NCBI GenBank assembly: GCA_051294375.1
Contig: CM119268.1
Coordinates: forward strand, 3,313,856 to 3,377,706
Direction: 5' to 3'
Length of the DNA stretch: 63,851 nucleotides
From: Paraspadella gotoi
Lineage: Eukaryota > Animalia > Chaetognatha
Below, piece by piece: positions 26,156 through 41,400 of this stretch. The notes below the pieces were generated by a model that ran no database searches, was not told the DNA's origin, and saw only the letters and a list, made by a program, of their open reading frames with translations. The position numbers and the translations under genes were made by a program. Within the stretch, counting starts at the first letter, position 1; each line of letters begins with the position of its first letter.

Positions 26156-26798
26156 AAGATAGAAAATGTTGCTTACTATAAAAACATATCCTTTTTTGGT
26201 GATTTTTTAATACAAATTTGATGTTAAATGTTTTTTATCATATTATCTTTTTGAAAGCTTCTTAATCTGTTTATCTTTCAAAATTTTAGATAGATGCCTT
26301 CAAATACCAAAAAGCTTTTTATCCTAAACTAGTTTCATCTTTACAAAACTGTTCCAATATTAATAAGATTTTGTAATAAAATTTATAAATGCATGTCCTG
26401 CTTAAAACGATATAAAAGAGTAAAATTAATTGAAATATTTCATTCGCAGTTCTCAGCAACTTCAGCTCGACTTTTTAAATCTGATTTCAAATTTTCTATT
26501 TTTAGATATATTTGCATCTTTTGTCCTCGAGATTTTTTGATGCTTTCAAATCAGATTTGTCTCCAGGTTGAGCTACGAATTCACAATAGAATTAATTCCT
26601 TCCCTTCGCAACGAATTTACTTAGAAAAGAAGAAGCATTTGAAGCTAAAAAAAAATATGAATAAAAAAAATTAGATATATATATTTCTGGAAAAAAAAAA
26701 TCGGAATGCCGACCTCCTCGTAATGAGATATATCATCACATCACATCACATCAGAATCCAGAATGAGAGAGCGTGAGCGTAATCCCATGGTCCGGTTC

Positions 26799-26877
<79 letters not shown>

Positions 26878-27184
26878 CTCCACAACTCTAGGTCTCCCTA
26901 ATTACCTTCCCTCACGTTGAAAAAAAAACTGCTTCTTCATCCTCCTCAGTGAAACGTACTCCTTACCTCAGAATTCACTTACTTTAGCTTCGCCTCTTTA
27001 GTTTTAACGTTTGATTTCTTGCATGTTCACATACACACTTCACATCTCAACACTTTCACCCTCGAGCTAATTCATCGCATTCCTCTTCACTAACTTCCAG
27101 TGAGAGTTCACAAACTCCCCGACCTTTCCTCCTCTCACGTGATCCCCTTAAATATTTCATTTTTTTCTCGCCACTCACTTCTTC

Positions 27185-27325
27185 CGGACTTACGCATCCA
27201 CCAGGATGTAACTGACTCCTTTCCAACCTAGAAAATCACCCGGATGTAACTTATTTCCTCCAGACTAGCAAAGCACCCCGATGTAATTAACTTCTTTCAA
27301 ACTTATCCATCCAGATGTAACTTCT
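27185..27325 (+). repeat. Degenerate ~38-bp tandem repeat with core cc(a/g)gatgtaact
   Basis: Four recurrences of gatgtaa at regular spacing. Confidence 0.5.
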
Positions 27326-28339
27326 CTCCTTTACAGTACGCACAAAACCTTACCTTTCGTCGAAAATCCATCCCAGTTTCTCATCCTCCCTTTTAACTTA
27401 CCCATACTTTTTTGACAAACCGACCCCATCTACAATCAACTTAACACTTCTACTGCCATCCCCTTTCCTTAGCACCCGGCTCATTACCCCGGACAAAATC
27501 CCGCCCCGGCGTGTTATTCTTGGAAAGAGAGAGAGAGAGAGAGAGAGAGANNNNNNNNNNNNNNNNNNNNNNNNNNNNNNNNNNNNNNNNNNNNNNNNNN
27601 NNNNNNNNNNNNNNNNNNNNNNNNNNNNNNNNNNNNNNNNNNNNNNNNNNNNNNNNNNNNNNNNNNNNNNNNNNNNNNNNNNNNNNNNNNNNNNNNNNNN
27701 NNNNNNNNNNNNNNNNNNNNNNNNNNNNNNNNNNNNNNNNNNNNNAAAGAAAGAGAGATTGGCGATGATTTCAAACACTGTTTTCTTCGTTGGGGTTTGT
27801 GGAGAGATTTGTGGGGTCTTGTGGTGATGGGGAAGTGAATGTGGTGTGGATGTGGATGTGGATGTGGGTGTGGATGATGTGGATGTGGCGGCAAAAAAAA
27901 AAAGAAAGGAGAGTCAAGAACACGGACTCTACCGTTAAAGTCCTTGTTTGAGAGTCAAAGAAATTCACAATTAATTTATATTTTATCGCAATAAATTATA
28001 TTATATTAAATTATATTATATTATATAAATTTTAGGCTATTGTATCAAAATTGATAAGCCAGCAGAATAATCACTACCAGTCAAACCGATGCCGTCGCCG
28101 CTGCCGCCGCTGCCGCTGCTTCTGCCGCCAGCTTTCGCCTTGAGGGTCCGGGAGAGAAAAAAGTTCAATGAAACGGAAAAGCAACGAGTTTGTGAACGCG
28201 CGTTCGGCGTTTGAATCACCGCGCATGCGCAAAAAAGAATTTTTTTTGAGAACGTGAATTGCGTGAAGCGACGTTAAAACGCGAGCGTGCGAGAGGAAGT
28301 GAGAGAGAGAGAGANNNNNNNNNNNNNNNNNNNNNNNNN

Positions 28340-28700
28340 TCGCCCACTGCCGCGCCTGGCCGCTTGCTTCTGCTCGCCCAGCTTTCGCCCTTGAGAGGCG
28401 TCCGGGGAAGAGACTGAAGGAAAATAAGTTCATATTTAGGTTGAACCGGAAAAAAAGCAACGATGTTTGTGAACGCCGCCGGAGATCTAACAAATATAAA
28501 AAAGCCAAAGACGAGTTTGTTGAACGCGGCGACTAGCGTTCGGAGTACGCTCGTACCTTGAATCACCGCGCATGGCAAAAAAGAATTTTTTGTAAGATGG
28601 AACGTGAATTGCGTGGAAGCGATCGTTAAAATAACGCAATGAGCGTAGCGAGAGGAAGGAGAGAGGAGAGATAGATGAGGAAAGACGAGAGAGAGATGAG
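28340..28700 (+). other. Noisy long-read duplicate of 28095-28314 (assembly artefact)
   Basis: Same ccagctttcgcc...gaatcaccgcgcatg...gaacgtgaattgcgtg text with inserted bases, directly after a 25-N gap. Confidence 0.8.
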
Positions 28701-28834
28701 AGAGAGAGAAGAGAGAGAGTATTATTGAGAGAGACAGAGAGAGAGAGAAGAAGAGCAGAGAGAGAGTTGGAGAGAGACCGTTAAAATCGTAAAATTTATA
28801 AATGGCGAACAAACCAGAGGGCAGACTGACGAGC

Positions 28835-29020
28835 ATACCGAACGAATGGATGGTCGTACAGAGAAACGGACGGACAGACGGAGGAATGGATGGTCGAACA
28901 GAGAAACGGACGGACGGACGAACGGACGGGCGGACGGACGGACGGATGGACGGACGGGCGGACGGACGGACCCACCGACGAACCCGACCGCTTATAGTCG
29001 GATCTCTCTGGCGGTTAACT
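28835..29020 (+). mobile_element. (GACG)n tract followed by cttatag and a short hairpin; Helentron-associated/DINE-1-like repeat end
   Basis: ggacggacggacg array, then ccgac-cgcttata-gtcgg stem. The architecture resembles non-autonomous Helentron elements (inference). Confidence 0.4.
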
Positions 29021-29867
29021 TAATTAAGACGCGAGGAAAAACACGACGACGAGAAACGAGAGAGAAAATAAATGTTTCTCTTTTGTTTCTCTTTTTTTTT
29101 TGTTTTTTTTTTTTTTTAAAGAAAAACCATATAAACGAAAAAAACAAAAGTTTTTGTTTTGTTTTTCTCGGGGAAAGAATTTCCGTTCGCTTCGTTGACT
29201 TGAACCAATAAAGATCGGATTCTCCGCGCGATGGCGTCATCGTCGTCGTCGTCGTTGTCGTCGTTGTCGTCGTCGTTGGTATTATTGTCCTTTATATCTT
29301 CGTTGTCGTCTTTATTGTCGTTTTCGTCGTTGTTATCGTTCTCTTTGTTGTCTTATATATATATTTTTTAAAGTTCGTTGGGTTTCGTACATGTTTTTTT
29401 TTATTTTTCGTTTTCATTCGCCAATAACATGATTTCTAAGATGAATATAAAGAAATGAATTTATAGACAGAAAAAATTAGCGTATTTTTGTTGTACAAGT
29501 TAAAAAGTCAAGTTAAAAAATGAGAGAGCCCAGCATTTTGCATGATTTCTTTGCCCCTTGTTGCTTAATCTATACAATGAAATAAATAAACGAATTGCTA
29601 ATATCTCCAAGCGGATTTATAAATAAACGTTTAAAGTGATACCTACATTAGTCACAGTTAAATAATCTAAAAATAGAATTGTTCACAATTAAATCTAAAT
29701 ATAAATCCGAATTTTAAATCTAAATCTAAATCCGCATTTTAAATCTCGCGCGATGATAAAATGAAATTTTCGCTGCCAAGAAACTTCCCTCATTTCTAAG
29801 AAAACAAAACCTCACGACTTCACGTGAGCGTCGGCCGGCGCCGCCGCCCGCCGCGAGACTGCTCTCA

Positions 29868-29900
<33 letters not shown>

Positions 29901-30865
29901 CGTTCTCTCTCTCTCTCTCTCTCTCTCTCGTCCTCTCTCTCTCTCTCTCCTATCTCTCTGCTGCTCTCGTCTCCCGATACTGGAGTTTCTCCTCTCTCCT
30001 CTCTGCTCTCATCTCTGCTCTCTCGCAAACAGCGGCCGGAAATATTGCTATTTTCTTCTTTCCGGCGTTTTTTTTCCTAAATTGCCACCAATTTTTTTTC
30101 CGTTCGTTTCATGAAAACTTCCTATTTTGCGTTCAAAAATTAGAAATTATCTAGAAATCTTATCCTTTCTCAGCCGCACACCAATGGTGTCTAAAGAGAA
30201 GGAAAAAAAATATATCCCCTCTCTCTCTCTCCTCCTGTCTCGCTCTACAGCGATCTAGCAGTCCTCCGCTTTCTCTCTCTCTTCTCTCTCTCTCTCTCCA
30301 TCTCTGCTACTCTCATCTCGCATCTTCTACTCCCTCTCTCTCAAGGAAAGAGAAGACGAGAAAAGAGCAATTTCCCTTCCCCCTCTTAACCAACACGGCC
30401 CGGTATCCCGACCCACTTTCCCCACCGTGCTGTCCCACCTCTACCCCCTTAACGCCGCTTCCCTCAACCACCCCGCCCCTTCATACACCCCCTCAGAGAT
30501 TACACCTATTTTCTTCTCTATTCATTCAGTTTCATTTTCTTTCATTTTCTCTCGGACCGGCGACTTTTCCCCCCCCATTTTCCCTAAACTCATTTCAGTT
30601 TCATTTCGCGGACGAAGTCGGTTCGATGGAATCCGCGTCCCATCGGTACGGACTGTTCGGACCGACAAAGCAAACGTACGGACAGACTGAACGACTGACC
30701 AAACTGGTAAATCCACAAAACGATCGACGGACGGACAAACGGTTCGACCGACCGACAAACGGACTGACCGACCTTTAGTCCGAATGACCGAAACAGAAAC
30801 ACAAAAGAATCACCACCGATCCTTATAATATATATGACATTATATTATTATTATTCTATTTTTAA

Positions 30866-30898
<33 letters not shown>

Positions 30899-31199
30899 AA
30901 CGTAGCGGAGCAAGACCTGAAAGCAGACCTGAGACGCAGAACTGGTGAAATTACACAAAACGATGCACGACGGGATCGGTAGCAAGACGGCTGACCGCGA
31001 CGAACAAACGCGCGGACTAACCGACCATTATACGTCCGAATGACATGAGAAACAGAAAACACAAAAGACATATGAAATGTTTCTCTTAAATGAGATTAAA
31101 CAAAAAACAACTTACCTACTCATATAATTATACATATTATGACAATTTTATACTTCATAGATTTTTCTAGTTTTAATATTATTATTATTATTAGTTATT

Positions 31200-34100
31200 T
31201 AAGATTTGTATTCACTTTATTATTTATACTATTATTATTATTATATTATTAATTAATTATTATTAAATTTATTAACTTAATATTATTATTATTCTATTGT
31301 TTATTATATATGATATTGCGTGTGGACATTCACGCGCTTGTGGTTTAGTCTTTTCTCTTGTTTCCGTTAATACATCTTGTCTGTCGAACATCGGATTATA
31401 AGCGCTTCATTTCTCAATCTACTTCTTCTTGCCAGCCTGCCTCATTACTTTCATCATCCCCGCTTCTCTCCTTCCTCCCACCAATGCGATCCACTCTCCC
31501 TCCACCCTTCCCCCCATCAAGACATTATTTTTTTTACTATTCGCATACTTACATTACTTTAAAGTTTCCTATTTTATTTTCGGTCACTCTCATCTCTCTC
31601 TTCATTTACCTACAAATTCTATCATATTAATTCTAATCTGACGCCGTCTAACTACTTAGTTGCTTTCTATGTCTCTCGTCGATCTCTTTACTTGTCTACG
31701 TTTTTCGGGCACATGGTCCGTCCACATCCCAAATAGGAAAATGTATCTTCAATCGTCGCTCTCTCTCGTATCTATCAATTCATAAAGCGCTCACGTGCTG
31801 ATTGATCTCATTGCTCTCGAACTATAAGGCATAATGTAATACCGGAACTCAATAACCATTATAAATTAATATTCAGTCTTACTAAGTTCTCACTTACCTT
31901 TCTTCTGCTTCTCTACTCATTCACTCTAATTTCGCATACTGTCCTCTTCACTTATATTATCACGTTCTCAATCACTTTTCGCGACTTTTTATCAGCTTCA
32001 GTCAGATGAGCATTACGAGACGGTCTAGATTTTTAAATCTTCATTCGGTTCGGTTTCGTGAGAGACGTCTACCATCAACAAATTCCTCATGTCCAAAATC
32101 AAAGTTCGAGCTCATAAGCAAGAGTCCAAAGATCTCAAGTTGTGATCTTGGGGACTTACGGGCGTTGATAGAAGATATTCAAAATTGTACTCATATGATA
32201 ATTTGTGCTACAGCCGCAACAGAAGAGGGTCGGTATACCGAACAGAACCACGTGAGCAGCGCCGAGGAGACTAAATCACGAAGTATCTGAGCTGATACAT
32301 TTATTATTTGGGTGATTTAAGCACAATCCTCACAAGCCTGCATTATCCCCGCGTGATTATTGAACAAAAGAACGAATATATTCAGTCAGCCAATCGTGAC
32401 TGTACTTATCGTTGATCCAGTCTCCATACCCGACTCTCTTATACACATCTGATTCTTCTACAACGGTCCCGAAACCTGCGCCATCTACTAATGAGAGTTA
32501 CAGGCTATTCATATTGTGGTTCGAGAGTTATTGTACGGTCAGAACCAGAAAATGAACCGGGACAATCCCAATCATTCTTCAGGACACATGCGATGGCGCA
32601 CTCTCAACTCTCACCGCCGTCTGCATTGAGCACATAAGCAACTCAAATTCTTTTATTGCCGTACTCTACCTTTCGGGACGCACACCCGCCTCCACAATCT
32701 CCCACCCTGTTTCAACAAGATTTGAACATGAAGACCTCTACCAATCTGCTCCTGCCGGCGTAGATCTCCGCTGCTCACCTCATTTTCCCGTCGAAATAGT
32801 CCATCTCCAGACGGGGGGAAAAACCAAGACGACCGCGGAATAATTCCGGGTCTTCCGACCTCATGCTTTTTGCTCACTTTCCTTTCTTTTTTCTCTCTTT
32901 CCTTTCTTTTTCTCCTTCCTTTGCATTTTTCTCCTTTCCTTTATTTTTCTCCTTTCCTTTTTTTTCTCCTTTGCCTTTCTTTTCTCCTTCTTTCTTTTTC
33001 TTCCTTCTTCTTTTTCTCTTTCACTTTCTGTTTTTCTCACCTGTTTTTTATTTTGACGGACTTGAGAGCGACGAAGATACGTTGGTCCTTATCTAGTCTT
33101 TCCTCCCACTTTCCTTTCTTTTCTTGGTTTTTTCTTTTATATATATTTTTATTCCTTATGATCTTTTTGGTTAAATCATATTTATTTATTCCTTTTTCTG
33201 TTTAATACATTAGTTCTAAGTCGTTTGATTTTAAATAGCGGAAAACTACTTTGCGATATTAGACACATCCTATATTATTTTGCTGAGATTACTTTTACTT
33301 TTTTCTTTCCTACACACTATTCCCTTGTCGCGTTGTCGGAACCGGTCACTATATTTAAATATATTATAATTCTATTATTAGGGCACTTTGTTTAAAATTC
33401 CTAATAAATAAATTTTTTCAAATTCTTACTAATGGTCCACCTACTAGTATATATTCAAAATCCTCCCATTTTCCTTTAATTAGTTTTTCGTCCCGAATAT
33501 ACTTTCATAGGGGTTTCCCCCTTTCTTTGCACACTCCTTCGCGCATATTTTTACTTCCTTCCTAAGCAACAAACCGATCCTTACCCTTTTTGGTCCCAGT
33601 GACCTTGCATCGGGAGGCCACAGCCACAGGCTCCCACCTCATGTAAAAACCCGCCTCCTTCCAGCCTTTGACATTATTAGTTTGCTTATTGTACCAGAGC
33701 AGCTTACGTCCCCTCGGTGGCGGGTCACGGGCAAATCTGGCCTATGTTGAAATGGGAAATTCGGGGTTCGGTCCGCCTGGGGTTGTTTGGAATGTGAAAA
33801 AAGACTATAAAATTATGACACCCTTCAGGACTTTCCCTATTCAGATTGAACAATGAGAAATATAAAAACGCTGATGATAAAAGTCCCTTACTTATAAATC
33901 ACGTACAATTCATAACTCGACGCCGCGCTTTGGGTATTCAATCTTTCTTTTTTGTCCGTTAGGTTTTTCTCTCGTCCGCATTGGTGTTACGCCTGGCGCG
34001 CAAGAGAAGAAGGGACATGCTATCCATCTTCGTTGGTCTCACTTCTAATTTTAAACCTTGAAGCTGTATAAGACTGGCGAACTACCGCCACAAAAAATGA

Positions 34101-35617
34101 CTCCATGTATAAGAGTCTGTTTGCTCACGGGCCCTCAATCATAATTGGCTCGTTTTCTCCCGATTGTTTCCAAAGCATTCCCTGTTGTCAAGACAACTCC
34201 GAGCATTCACCCAGCATCAATTTCCTAGTCTATTAGCCCGGTCCAGCGATGTCTCAGGCAGTTTCCAGCATTCGTGCTTATCCCGCGGCATTAACCAGCA
34301 TCCTCCGGTCTATCCCCGTTCCAGGGCAATTATTTCAGGGAAATTCAGCATTACCATGCATTCCCAGCGCATTTCTAGCAGGTGTCTTCCAGCATTCCCC
34401 TGTTCCGAGCATTCGGTTTCGCCATTGAGCTTCTCTCTCCCTACAGACGGGGCCCTCACATTTCCTCCGCCCCTTCCTCCCTTCTCCTCCTCCCTCCCCC
34501 CCCCGAAAGAAGCGCTTTCTCACTTCGCATTCTGTTGACGCTTTCATTTTCTCTTGCGTCAAATATGATTTGAAAGGTTCGGTGGTCCTCCATGACTCTA
34601 TGCCGTTGAACCTTGAAATCTTGTGCCCGATCGAGTCGTCGAAAACTAGAAATGAGGCGGAGGTGCCAGGGCGGCGGAGAGATGGGAGGGCGCTGGGGAT
34701 TACTCTTTAGAGGGGGGAAGGAGTTGAAGGATGGGAAATATGGGGAAATATGGCCCTGGGACAGAAAAAAGATATATGTCTCGAATGAAGGAGATGAATT
34801 GGTAATAATTGACCACACGTGATTAAAAACGGGAGAGATTTTAAATCCTTACAAAAATAAATAATGCATTAGAGAAGTTTTTGGGGAGACAAAGGCGTTG
34901 CGAGTTGCAGAATAATAGACGAGCTGAGTCTCTATTCCGTTGATGGGAACGAAATGTAAGGGTAAGAAGGGAGAGACAGAGAGCACCAAGAACATTAAAT
35001 GAGGGCGAAACGGGAGGATGATGAGAAAGATTGGCGAATGGAATATAAAATTTTTTAAAAAATTAAATGAAAAAGTTTGAAAAAGAAAAAAAAGAAGATG
35101 CGAGAGAGGAGAATTCACGAGGAGATGTATAACTTAGAACAAGAACGGGTGATTCNNNNNNNNNNNNNNNNNNNNNNNNNATTATTATTATTATTATTAT
35201 TATATTATTATTATTATTACTTATTTATTATTATTATTATTATTATATAATTAATGATTATTATTATTATTGATTATTAAAGATTTATAACCTAATATTT
35301 TGATTATTTTCTATCTTTCTTATTATATAATGAGCATTACCTCCCTGCTCTGTCACATCTCCTGATTGAATGCTGGACATTCACTTTGGTTTCCTACGCC
35401 TCCTCTTTCTCTTGTTTCTTCTTTTCCTCGACGCTTTCCTCTCAATCACTTCTCCTCCGGCCTCCCCTCCTCTCCTCACCGTCCTCATCACCCCTCCTCC
35501 TCCTCCCCCAACCTCCATTCTCCCCTTCACGCCCCTCCCTCCCATCGCATATTCTTTCTTTCCAACTCACTTTAAGCTTATCCCATTCTTTTCTCGGCAC
35601 TCTCTCTCGCCTTCTCT

Positions 35618-35658
<41 letters not shown>

Positions 35659-38456
35659 CTCTCTCGTTGTCTCTCCTCGTCACTCTCTCTCTTCTCTCAT
35701 TCATGGGCCCTCGCGAACAAAATTGAATTTCGACTCAAACAACAATTCTCTCCACTTCTTCTCCCTTTTCTCTCTTCTCTTTATCTTCTCTATTCTCCTC
35801 TTCCTTAATTCTTCTCTCCTCCTCTTATTTCTCATTTCAACTCCGAAAGCAAGATTTTTAAATCTTTCATTCGTCCTCATCGTCTTCCCTGTTTTGAAAG
35901 TCCCCATCACAAATTCCTGTCAAATTCACAGTCTACAGTCAAACATGAATTGATTTTTCACTGCTGTGATAGAATTTCAATCCATTTACCGCGCCACCGC
36001 CAACAGCCCGCCGCCGCCGCCGCCACCCGCCGAGCTGATCCATATTTTTTTTGCGGTGAATTTAACACACAAGCTCCTCCCCGTTTCATAAGGGAGGATA
36101 TTACACCCCGTCTCTTTCTTTTCTTCCTTCACATCTGATTCTTTCACCATCGACCGGCCCATCTCACAAATCAATAGGATCACCAGGGTGTTTCCTATCT
36201 CATTTCGTCGTCAAGGACAACCGAACATCCCAATCATTCTTCTCCAGACAATAGCGCATCGACCTTCTCAAACCACTCGCACCACCACGACCACCACGAC
36301 CACCACGACGCACACCCCGCCTCCACAAATCCTGCCCCACCAACAAGGTCGACCACAAGCTTACCCGCCCGGCGTAGAGGAATCTCCCTGCCTCACCTCA
36401 ATTTTTTTCCCGTCAATTCTTCGACGGGCGCGAAAAACCAAATACACGACGGCGGAATCGTAGATAATATAGCCTACGCGGGGAATCCTACTGCTTTGGT
36501 CGTACCTTTCCCAAGTGCTTGCGTGCGATTCCGGTCTTTCCGACACCTCATCTTTTTCTCCCTTTCCTTTTTCTTTTTTCTCCTTCCTTTAATTTTTCTC
36601 CTTTCCTTTCTTTTTCTCCGTTTTCCTTTCTATATAAATCTCCTTTCGCTTTTTTTTTGCTGGCGGATGTTCTTTTCTTTTTCCCCTTTTCCTTTCTTCT
36701 CTTTTTCTTATTTCGTATCCTTTAGGATTTTTTTCTCCATTTTCTTTTTTTATTTCACGGTCTTTCATAGTAATACTTTCTGTGTGTAACCTCACTCCTG
36801 CTCTTTGTTCTTTCTTTTCCTATTTCTTGCTCTTTTCTCTTTTATTTTTTTCTCTTATTATTTTTCCTTAAACCTCCCTTATATTTTGTTTTCATTTTCC
36901 CTACCTTCTTTTCCTCCCATTGTTCCTTATTATTTTTCGGTTCGAATTATCTTTCATATTCCCCTACTTTTGCACTACTTCTCCCTAATTTTTTTTCCTC
37001 TAAGCAACACCCTCCCTACCCTTTTTTTTTGTCCCGTGACGTCTTTCGAAACCTAAATTGTAAAAACCCGCGCTTTTCCCTTTCCCGCCTTTGAACTTTA
37101 AGTTCCTTATTGCCTACCCAGACAGCTTCGTCCCTCGGTGGCCGTCACGGCGGCAAAATCTTGGGCCTTTTGAAATGCGGAAATTCCGGGTTCGTCCCTT
37201 GGGTGTTGGATGTGAAAAGACCTATAAATTATTGACATCCTGTGCTTCAGGACTTTCATATTCAGATTGAACAATGAGAAATATAAAAACGCTGATATAA
37301 AGTCCCTTCACTTTATAACATCCCACGTACAATTCATACTCGAGCCCGCTTTGGTATTCAATCTTTTTTTTTGTTTAGGTTTTTCTTACTCTCGCATTGG
37401 TTTAGCCTGAGTGCCAAGAGAAGACGACAGTCGTGAATGCTGTGCCTGTTCGTTGGTCACTTCTAAGTAATTACCCTGAGCTGTATAAGACTGCTGAACT
37501 ACCGCCATTATCCATGATGAGTCTGTTTGGCTCCGGCCCTCAATTTCATAATTGGCTCGTTTTTCTCCCATTCCAACATCTTGTCAGACCTCGATTCCAG
37601 CTCATCTGTTTACCCTAGCGATGCCAGGCATTTCCAGTCGTGCTTCCCATTACCAGCATCGGCATCCGTTCCGCTATCAGAAATTCAGACCATGTTCCCA
37701 GCATTCCTCGGTGTTTCCGAGCATTTCGCGCTGTTCCCATTCGAGGTATGCCATTTGGCTCTCTCTCCTAACAGACGGGTCAATCTCCCGCCCCCCTTTC
37801 CTCCTCTTCCCCCTTCTCCTCCCGCCCCCCCCGGAGAGAGACTTTCTCACTTCGCATTCGTTGCCTTCATTTTCTCTCTGCGTCAAATATGATTGAAAAG
37901 GTTCGGTGGTCTCAAGACTCTAAAGGCCCGTTGAACCTTGAATTCTTGTGCCCGATCGAGTCGCGAAAACTAGAAATGGAGCGGAGGTGCCGGGTGGCGA
38001 GAAGATGGGGGCGGCGTGGGGATTTCTCTTAGAGGGGGGAGGGAGTTGAAGGATCGGAAAATGGGGAAAATGCGGACAGCAGAAAAAAGATATATCTCGG
38101 AATTGAAGGAGATGAATTGGTATAGATTGACCACACGTGATAATAAAAACGGGAAATTTAAATCTTACAAAAATAAAAATGCATAAGAAGTTTTTGGGAA
38201 AAAGGCGTTGGAGATTGCAGAATAATAGATGGAGCGAGCTCTATTCCGTGTATCGGAACGAAATGAAGGGTAAGAAGGAGAGAAGCAGAGACAGACATTA
38301 AATGAGGGGCGGCGGGAGGGATGAGAGATTCGGCGAAATGGAATATAAAATTTTGTTAAAAAAATTAAATGAAAGAAAGTTGAAAAAGAATATAGAAGAA
38401 AGAATCGAGAGAGGAGTAATTGAAGGAGAATGTATAACTTAGAACAAGAACCGGGT
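31200..38456 (+). other. Two indel-rich copies of the same ~3.3-4 kb segment (31200-35155 and 35181-38456) on either side of a 25-N gap
   Basis: For example ttcagattgaacaatgagaaatataaaaacgctgat occurs at 33841 and 37261, and both copies end in gtataacttagaacaagaac(c)gggtg. Differences are mostly indels. Confidence 0.85.
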
Positions 38457-38467
38457 GCAATCCCTCA

Positions 38468-41400
38468 AATGTGTCTGCTGGCCGAAGTGACTCCTCTATA
38501 TCCACTTTAATTTCGTTTTGTAACTAATCTGACATGATATGAAATATGACTCCGACCCCATGGATTAAAATTTGAATTACATGACTACAATACCACTTAT
38601 ATTATTTCTTAGACCCCTGTATTTATGACATAACACTTGCATATCGAAATCCGTTTTTATTCAACTTGTAATGGTTTTAGCATTTCCCCGTGAATGGGGC
38701 GCTAAGGCAGTCCCACTAAGATTCTAGATGGTTTTTTCCCTGTATCTTTAAAACAACTAAAAATATGAGCACTAGCATTCAAAGTATAAAAGCAACATTT
38801 AATAAAGTGCATTTTTAACGTATGCAATAGGATAGGACCGAGATAAAGAGGACAGACAGGTATACCGAACGGAAAACGACAACGACGACAGACGGACGAA
38901 AAGTGGACTTATAGAGATGCGCATCCGCACTTGTGAAAGAACTTAAGAAAGACGAAAAGAGTTTGAAATGAACAAAAATTTATCTGAAGATACTTTTCGC
39001 AACTAATCTCACAACTAGCAGGGCCAAAATGCCAGGAGTGGAGAATATGAATTAACATAGCGAAGAAGCGTGCGTGGCGCCCCCTTAAAACTTTCATTGT
39101 GGCAATGAAGAAATCACGCACGCCGTTGTGTGGTTTTCAAACCGCGCAAATGTTTGCGACTCTTTGAAACACACACGCTTGTCCCGTCTTGTCCGCGTTG
39201 CTAGGACGTTGTTGTCGTCGTTATCGTTCGTTACGGTCTCCGTCGGGCCTCGTCGTCGTTCGTTTCGTTATTTCTCCCCTCTTTGCCCACCCCTCTCAGT
39301 GTTTAAACACAATCGAGCGAAGTTCCGTCTTATGGTTCTCCTCCAAGTTTCTTATTAATAATAATCATTTGTACAGGCCGCCTCTTCTATCCATCCGCAA
39401 AAAACGCCAGGCAGCCGAGTTCAATCTCAAAATCGAAGGCATTTGACGCACACGCGGACCCCTAAAGCGTCTCTTTGCGGACCGCAGGTGCCCCGTTGTT
39501 CTATGCAAACTTTGCGTTGCTAGCGCATACCGAAGGGGCAGCCGCCGCAAGAAATTTGGACGAAAATGTCGCTATCGCTGGCTTGCTTTTTCCCTTGCTC
39601 CTTTATGCCTCCCCATCCTTGAACGGTTCATATAAAGGTCTCGTTATCATTGAAGCGCTCTCTCAAAACATGTTCCATTAGTTTGAAAGCATCGCTCGCC
39701 TCGAGTGATGCAATTTAGGGCCTCTATATTGCCATTTTGTTCGTAAGGTTAGGTCAATTCTGGTAATATTACAAAAAAATATATAATATAAGTATAGTGA
39801 ATTATAATTATCCATTCAATTCACAGAGTCTCCACCCCCCGAGCCATCCTCCGTGGTCACCACTATCTGAGTTACTAAAAGGTTCTCTAAATTAGTTATG
39901 GTAGTCCCTCTCCAAGATTAAGCCCTTCTATGACACACACACGCCGGCGATAAATAAGCCTTAAAAATTGTGCAACAGCAAGAGTACAAATGTAGTGAAT
40001 GAAATGCAGCTTCATAGCTTAAAGCCAGCGTGAAAATGTGAAAACCAGTTTTGGTGTTAACGGTGAAGCAGCCGGCTTGCTAGGCCGAAGAGCCAAAGAA
40101 AGGCAGCTGTTAGAGCCAATTGGTGACGCTTGGCTTTGGGCCGACAGTGTTATAGGACAAAAGCGGAGAGCCGAACAAAGGCGGGAAGGAGGGGGCGGAA
40201 TCCTTGGAGTGCGTAGGAGCGGCTCAAGCGGCGAGGCGGCGGCGGGGAATGTGTTGCGCCGAAGTGACTGCCTTATCACGTTTATTTCTCGTAACATGAT
40301 CTGACATGATATGATATGACGTGACATGATATGAATACATGACTACAATAACTTATTATTTCTTAGCCCCTGTATTTATGACATACACTGCATCGAAATC
40401 CGTCTTTTATTCCTTATGGTTTTAGCATTTCCTGAAGGCGGCGCTAGCAGTCCCTTAGATTTGAGGTTTTTTCCTGTCTTAACAAATGAGCAAGCAACTA
40501 TAAGCAAATTATATGCATTTTTAACGTATGTAGGATAGACCGAAGGACAGATATACCGACGGACCGACCGACAGACCGACCGAAAAGTGACTTATAGAGT
40601 GGCTCCGCATTTAAAAACTTAAGAAGCGAAGAGTTGGAAATGACAAAATTTACAATACTTCGCACTTCTTATTCTACAAAATATTTTTTTTATATTACCA
40701 GAATTGACTAACCCTTTACGACCAAAAATGGCAATTACGCCTAAAATCATGGGGCCGATGCCTTTTTCAAACTTGACAGGTTATTTGGCTTCAATGATCA
40801 AACTTTATCCGTTCCAACCATTAAAAGGACAAAAAAAAGCAAGCCAGCGAAGCGACATTTCGTTCAAATTTCTTCGGCGTGCCTCGCGTATCTAGCAACC
40901 AAAGTTGCATCGAAAAACCCACTCGCGTCCCCAAAGAGACCGCGGCCTTTCCAATCGCCCCCCTGGTTTTCGATTGTGAAAGGCGCGTTTCATATTTATT
41001 ATAGAATGGGAACCATAGACGGATACTCGCTCGATTGCTGTTTACGAGAGGGTGCGGAAGAACGGAAGCAAATAACGACGACGCACGACGACGACGATAA
41101 ACGACGAACAACACACGTCCTCAACGACAATCCGCTTTTTTCAAACGAGTCGCACACCATCGCGGTTTGAAACCAAACAACCGTCGTTTCTTCTATTGCC
41201 CCAACCTTCTTTCCTTTTTTAACATTTCCACTCTCCCCTGATTTGNNNNNNNNNNNNNNNNNNNNNNNNNATCTGAGTTACTAAAGGTTAAATTAGTTAT
41301 GGTCTTTGATTAAAAAGCCTTCTATGACCCAAAAGGCGATAAAAGCCTAAAAATTGTTAAGCAAGGTACAAGTGTAGTGAATGAATGCAGCTCATAGCTT

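Noticed and set aside
30640-30840. Non-autonomous Helitron 5' end on the minus strand (tcatatatattataagg... followed by a GTCG/GTCC tract)
   Set aside because: No A|TC insertion context and no CTRR 3' end with hairpin could be located. Too weak to call.
35975-36075. LINE endonuclease-like motifs (IYR.P ... CGEFN; GDL in the duplicate near 32310)
   Set aside because: Needs frameshifts, the two noisy copies disagree, and no reverse transcriptase motifs follow.
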